A stretch of DNA of 64,000 bases. Origin: Methanobacteriota archaeon (lineage in GTDB: Archaea; Thermoplasmatota; Poseidoniia; MGIII; CG-Epi1). The notes beneath the pieces are model-generated. The model was not told the origin of the DNA and did not search any database. It was given only the letters and a program-made list of their open reading frames with translations. Where the stretch lies: contig JAAZXG010000003.1 in assembly GCA_014240255.1 (NCBI GenBank), positions 7,087 through 71,086 of the forward strand, written 5' to 3'. Below, piece by piece: positions 61,664-64,000 of this stretch. The position numbers were made by a program, and so were the translations under genes. Each line of letters begins with the position of its first letter. The first letter of the stretch is position 1.

Positions 61664-61726
61664 CCAACATTTGTTCTTATTTAGGGATAGTCATAAGGCA
61701 TTGGTTCGGAGTGAAATGATAGAAGA

Positions 61727-64000
61727 ATGTTACGCAGTACATCAATAAAAAAAGATTCATGGAAGCCTGTAAAACTTTTGGCACGTCAACCAATAGATGG
61801 AATTGTGATAGGCTTATCAGGTAGCCGTGAAGGAGATACAGTTTCAGTACTGTCACATACAGGTGTTAGTATCTTTAACAATCGTGAACTCGTCGAAGAA
61901 ATTCCATTAGATGGAGGAAAGGAAATACATTTAGTGGATTTTACTAATAGTATTTTTGTTAGAACAGTAGACAGCCTAATTTGTTATGATTTTTGGGGTA
62001 AATTAAATTGGAAATATGAAAATCTAAGTCATAATAGTAAAATAGGTATCAGTAAGAATGGCAATTCTATTATTTTAGCGAATCAAAATAAATTATATTA
62101 TCTTAATCAGTTTGGAGAAGTTGAGCGCGATATTTCCTTACGTTCTCCAATATCTGAAATGTCTCTATCTGAAAAAAAACAATTAATCATTTGTAATGAT
62201 GAAGGTTTATTTATGGTCGAAGAGAATGATAATTTTCTAAATATAAGTCATAAAACAGATTATTCAGAAATTGTTTGTTCATCAGAGTATTTCTTAGCCG
62301 TATCATCTAATGGTATTTCTGCATTTTCTTATTCAGGAGTTGAGCTGTGGATAAAAGAGCAAGTTGTTGTTAATAATATCTCATTTTCAAATAATGGATT
62401 AAAGTACACCTTTCTTGAGAGTTCTAAGAATATTGTGTGTCAGGATCGGAATGGTAGCCAAATATGGGAATATCATTCTAGAGAAGATTTGGCCGGTTCA
62501 ACAGTAATTGAATCTGGCGAAATGGTTGGTATTTATTCAAATAAAGTATTCCATATATTAGATAATAACGGCGAACAATCTTGGTCTTATCAAGCTCGTG
62601 AAAAAATCATAGATTTTATATTTTCAGAGAATGGTGGAGATGTGATACTTGCTTCTGAAAATAAGATTCATTGGTTTCAAAATGAGGGTTTTTTACGCAT
62701 TCGAATTAATTCAGTCCTTAAAGACGCAGAGTTGTTATTTGATAAGGTGTCTATTTATGAAAAAAATCTCGTTAAAATCACGCAAGATATCGAGAATGCC
62801 CAATCATTAAAATCGGGTAATTTTGATTTATTAAAGGAATCATTCCAATTAGTAGATGGGGCCAATCAACATTTAACTTCTTTACATCAGCGGCATGTTA
62901 GTTATTTAGACAATCTACCTTTGTTTATGAATAAATTAGGTTTGGAAGGGGCTCATACTGATGATATGATTCCAATTCTTTATCCTTATTACTCCTTTCA
63001 TCGAGATTTGCATGATACAACTTTTTTGGATAAATCTCTGAAAAGAGCTAAGAATCTCCTTAATAAATTGAAGAGATTTGAAGTGAAGTCCGAAGTCGAT
63101 TCCAATTCTGATAATTCACTTATTTCATTGAAAGAATCCCAAAAAAGCATTTCTGAAGAGATTGTTAATTTAGAAAATCTTTCAGAAAGCTATGATAAGG
63201 ATATTATTTCATTAGAAGCCAAGGTTAAAGAATTAATTATGAATTGGTTACGATCCGGAGAATTGAATTCAGAACCGCAGGATTTTTTATCTATATATAT
63301 TAAAAGTTCAGATATACGATTATCAAAGATTGATTTAATTAATGATAAAATAGACAATCATATTGCATTTGTAGATTATACTTCTAAGCAAAATCATTTA
63401 GTATTAATGAGTTCTAATTTTTCTTCGAAAGGTAAAGTAAATCTTAGTTTAACTTTAAAAAATAGTTCCAATGAAAAGGTTGAGGATATTTTTTTACGTA
63501 TTAAATTGAATGGCTCTGGAATTAGCCTTGCAGATCCCCCATCAGGCGTTATTCGTCTAAATCATTTAGAATCGGGAGAAACAGTTTCTCCGAGCTTTCA
63601 GTTTAATCCCGTAAATCGGATATTTACTCGTGTTCGGATGGTTTTACAATATTTAGATGCCGTTGGAAGACAACATACAGTTAGTTTGGGCGAGATTGAG
63701 ACTAATTTTTTGGGATGTTATGTCGAACCGCTTGAAATAGAACCTAATGATCATGATTCGTTACGATTGAAGTACAAAGATTATACTTCACATTCTTCTA
63801 TAAAAATAGAAGGTTTATCCATTAAGAAAATTACGACCATATCAAAGGATTTACCTGGATTATTCTTATGTGATTCTAAAATAGACGAGATGCGTTCGAT
63901 TCTTTATCATTCCGGCAAAGATAATCTAGACGATTCACAATATCTGTCAATGATATTTGTAAGAACTACTGGTGGAGAGGATTCAATGCGTAATGTTTTA
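61727..64000 (+). CDS. Large AT-rich hypothetical protein (at least 758 aa; open at the window end)
   Basis: My own translation runs uninterrupted from ATG 61727 to the window end (MLRSTSIKKDSWKPVKLLARQPIDGIVIGLSGS...). The N-terminal third carries spaced aromatic W-x-Y/F motifs, the middle is K/E-rich helical, and the C-terminal part is beta-rich. It is not in the ORF track because no stop codon falls inside the window. Confidence 0.5.
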   Translation, partial: MLRSTSIKKDSWKPVKLLARQPIDGIVIGLSGSREGDTVSVLSHTGVSIFNNRELVEEIPLDGGKEIHLVDFTNSIFVRTVDSLICYDFWGKLNWKYENLSHNSKIGISKNGNSIILANQNKLYYLNQFGEVERDISLRSPISEMSLSEKKQLIICNDEGLFMVEENDNFLNISHKTDYSEIVCSSEYFLAVSSNGISAFSYSGVELWIKEQVVVNNISFSNNGLKYTFLESSKNIVCQDRNGSQIWEYHSREDLAGSTVIESGEMVGIYSNKVFHILDNNGEQSWSYQAREKIIDFIFSENGGDVILASENKIHWFQNEGFLRIRINSVLKDAELLFDKVSIYEKNLVKITQDIENAQSLKSGNFDLLKESFQLVDGANQHLTSLHQRHVSYLDNLPLFMNKLGLEGAHTDDMIPILYPYYSFHRDLHDTTFLDKSLKRAKNLLNKLKRFEVKSEVDSNSDNSLISLKESQKSISEEIVNLENLSESYDKDIISLEAKVKELIMNWLRSGELNSEPQDFLSIYIKSSDIRLSKIDLINDKIDNHIAFVDYTSKQNHLVLMSSNFSSKGKVNLSLTLKNSSNEKVEDIFLRIKLNGSGISLADPPSGVIRLNHLESGETVSPSFQFNPVNRIFTRVRMVLQYLDAVGRQHTVSLGEIETNFLGCYVEPLEIEPNDHDSLRLKYKDYTSHSSIKIEGLSIKKITTISKDLPGLFLCDSKIDEMRSILYHSGKDNLDDSQYLSMIFVRTTGGEDSMRNVL

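Overview
This window reads as a low-GC archaeal chromosomal segment, probably a marine euryarchaeote of the Marine Group II/Poseidoniales type; that placement is inference from gene content and composition, since no search was possible. The archaeal assignment rests on aEF-1alpha/aEF-2 with the diphthamide His motif, the S12-S7-EF2-EF1a-S10 order, RpoK, archaeal DnaG, Nop10, aIF2alpha, GGGP synthase, geranylgeranyl reductase, PGF-CTERM surface proteins and a tRNA-His with genome-encoded G-1. Most of the window is housekeeping: leuS, hisS, thrS, the str operon, rps2-eno-rpoK, the conserved L44e-S27e-aIF2alpha-Nop10-PAC2 operon, coaBC, pdxS, pyrF, tpiA, nadC, kbl-tdh, and methylmalonyl-CoA mutase with a carboxyltransferase. 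I found six tRNAs (Glu, Ser-GGA, Ala, His, Ser-TGA, Thr), all with encoded CCA, and one orphan 5S rRNA with a TATA box at about -27. The loci worth a second look are: (1) an AT-rich ORF of at least 758 codons starting right after tRNA-Thr and running off the window edge; (2) three tandem AIM24/DUF124-family paralogs on the opposite strand between EF-1alpha and EF-2; (3) a minus-strand block of three hypothetical genes (one large N-anchored exported protein and two paralogous small membrane proteins), with a divergently transcribed tiny internally duplicated basic protein beside tRNA-Ser(TGA); (4) a compact ATP-dependent ligase-like nucleotidyltransferase with a K-H-N-G motif I between hisS and tRNA-His; (5) a bacterial-type GroES-GroEL pair; (6) a PlsC-type acyltransferase beside archaeal ether-lipid genes; (7) L44e and S27e paralogs that have lost their zinc-ribbon cysteines; (8) an Nfu with a Cys/Gly/Ser-rich tail next to Mrp/ApbC. 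No CRISPR array, transposase or integrase is visible.
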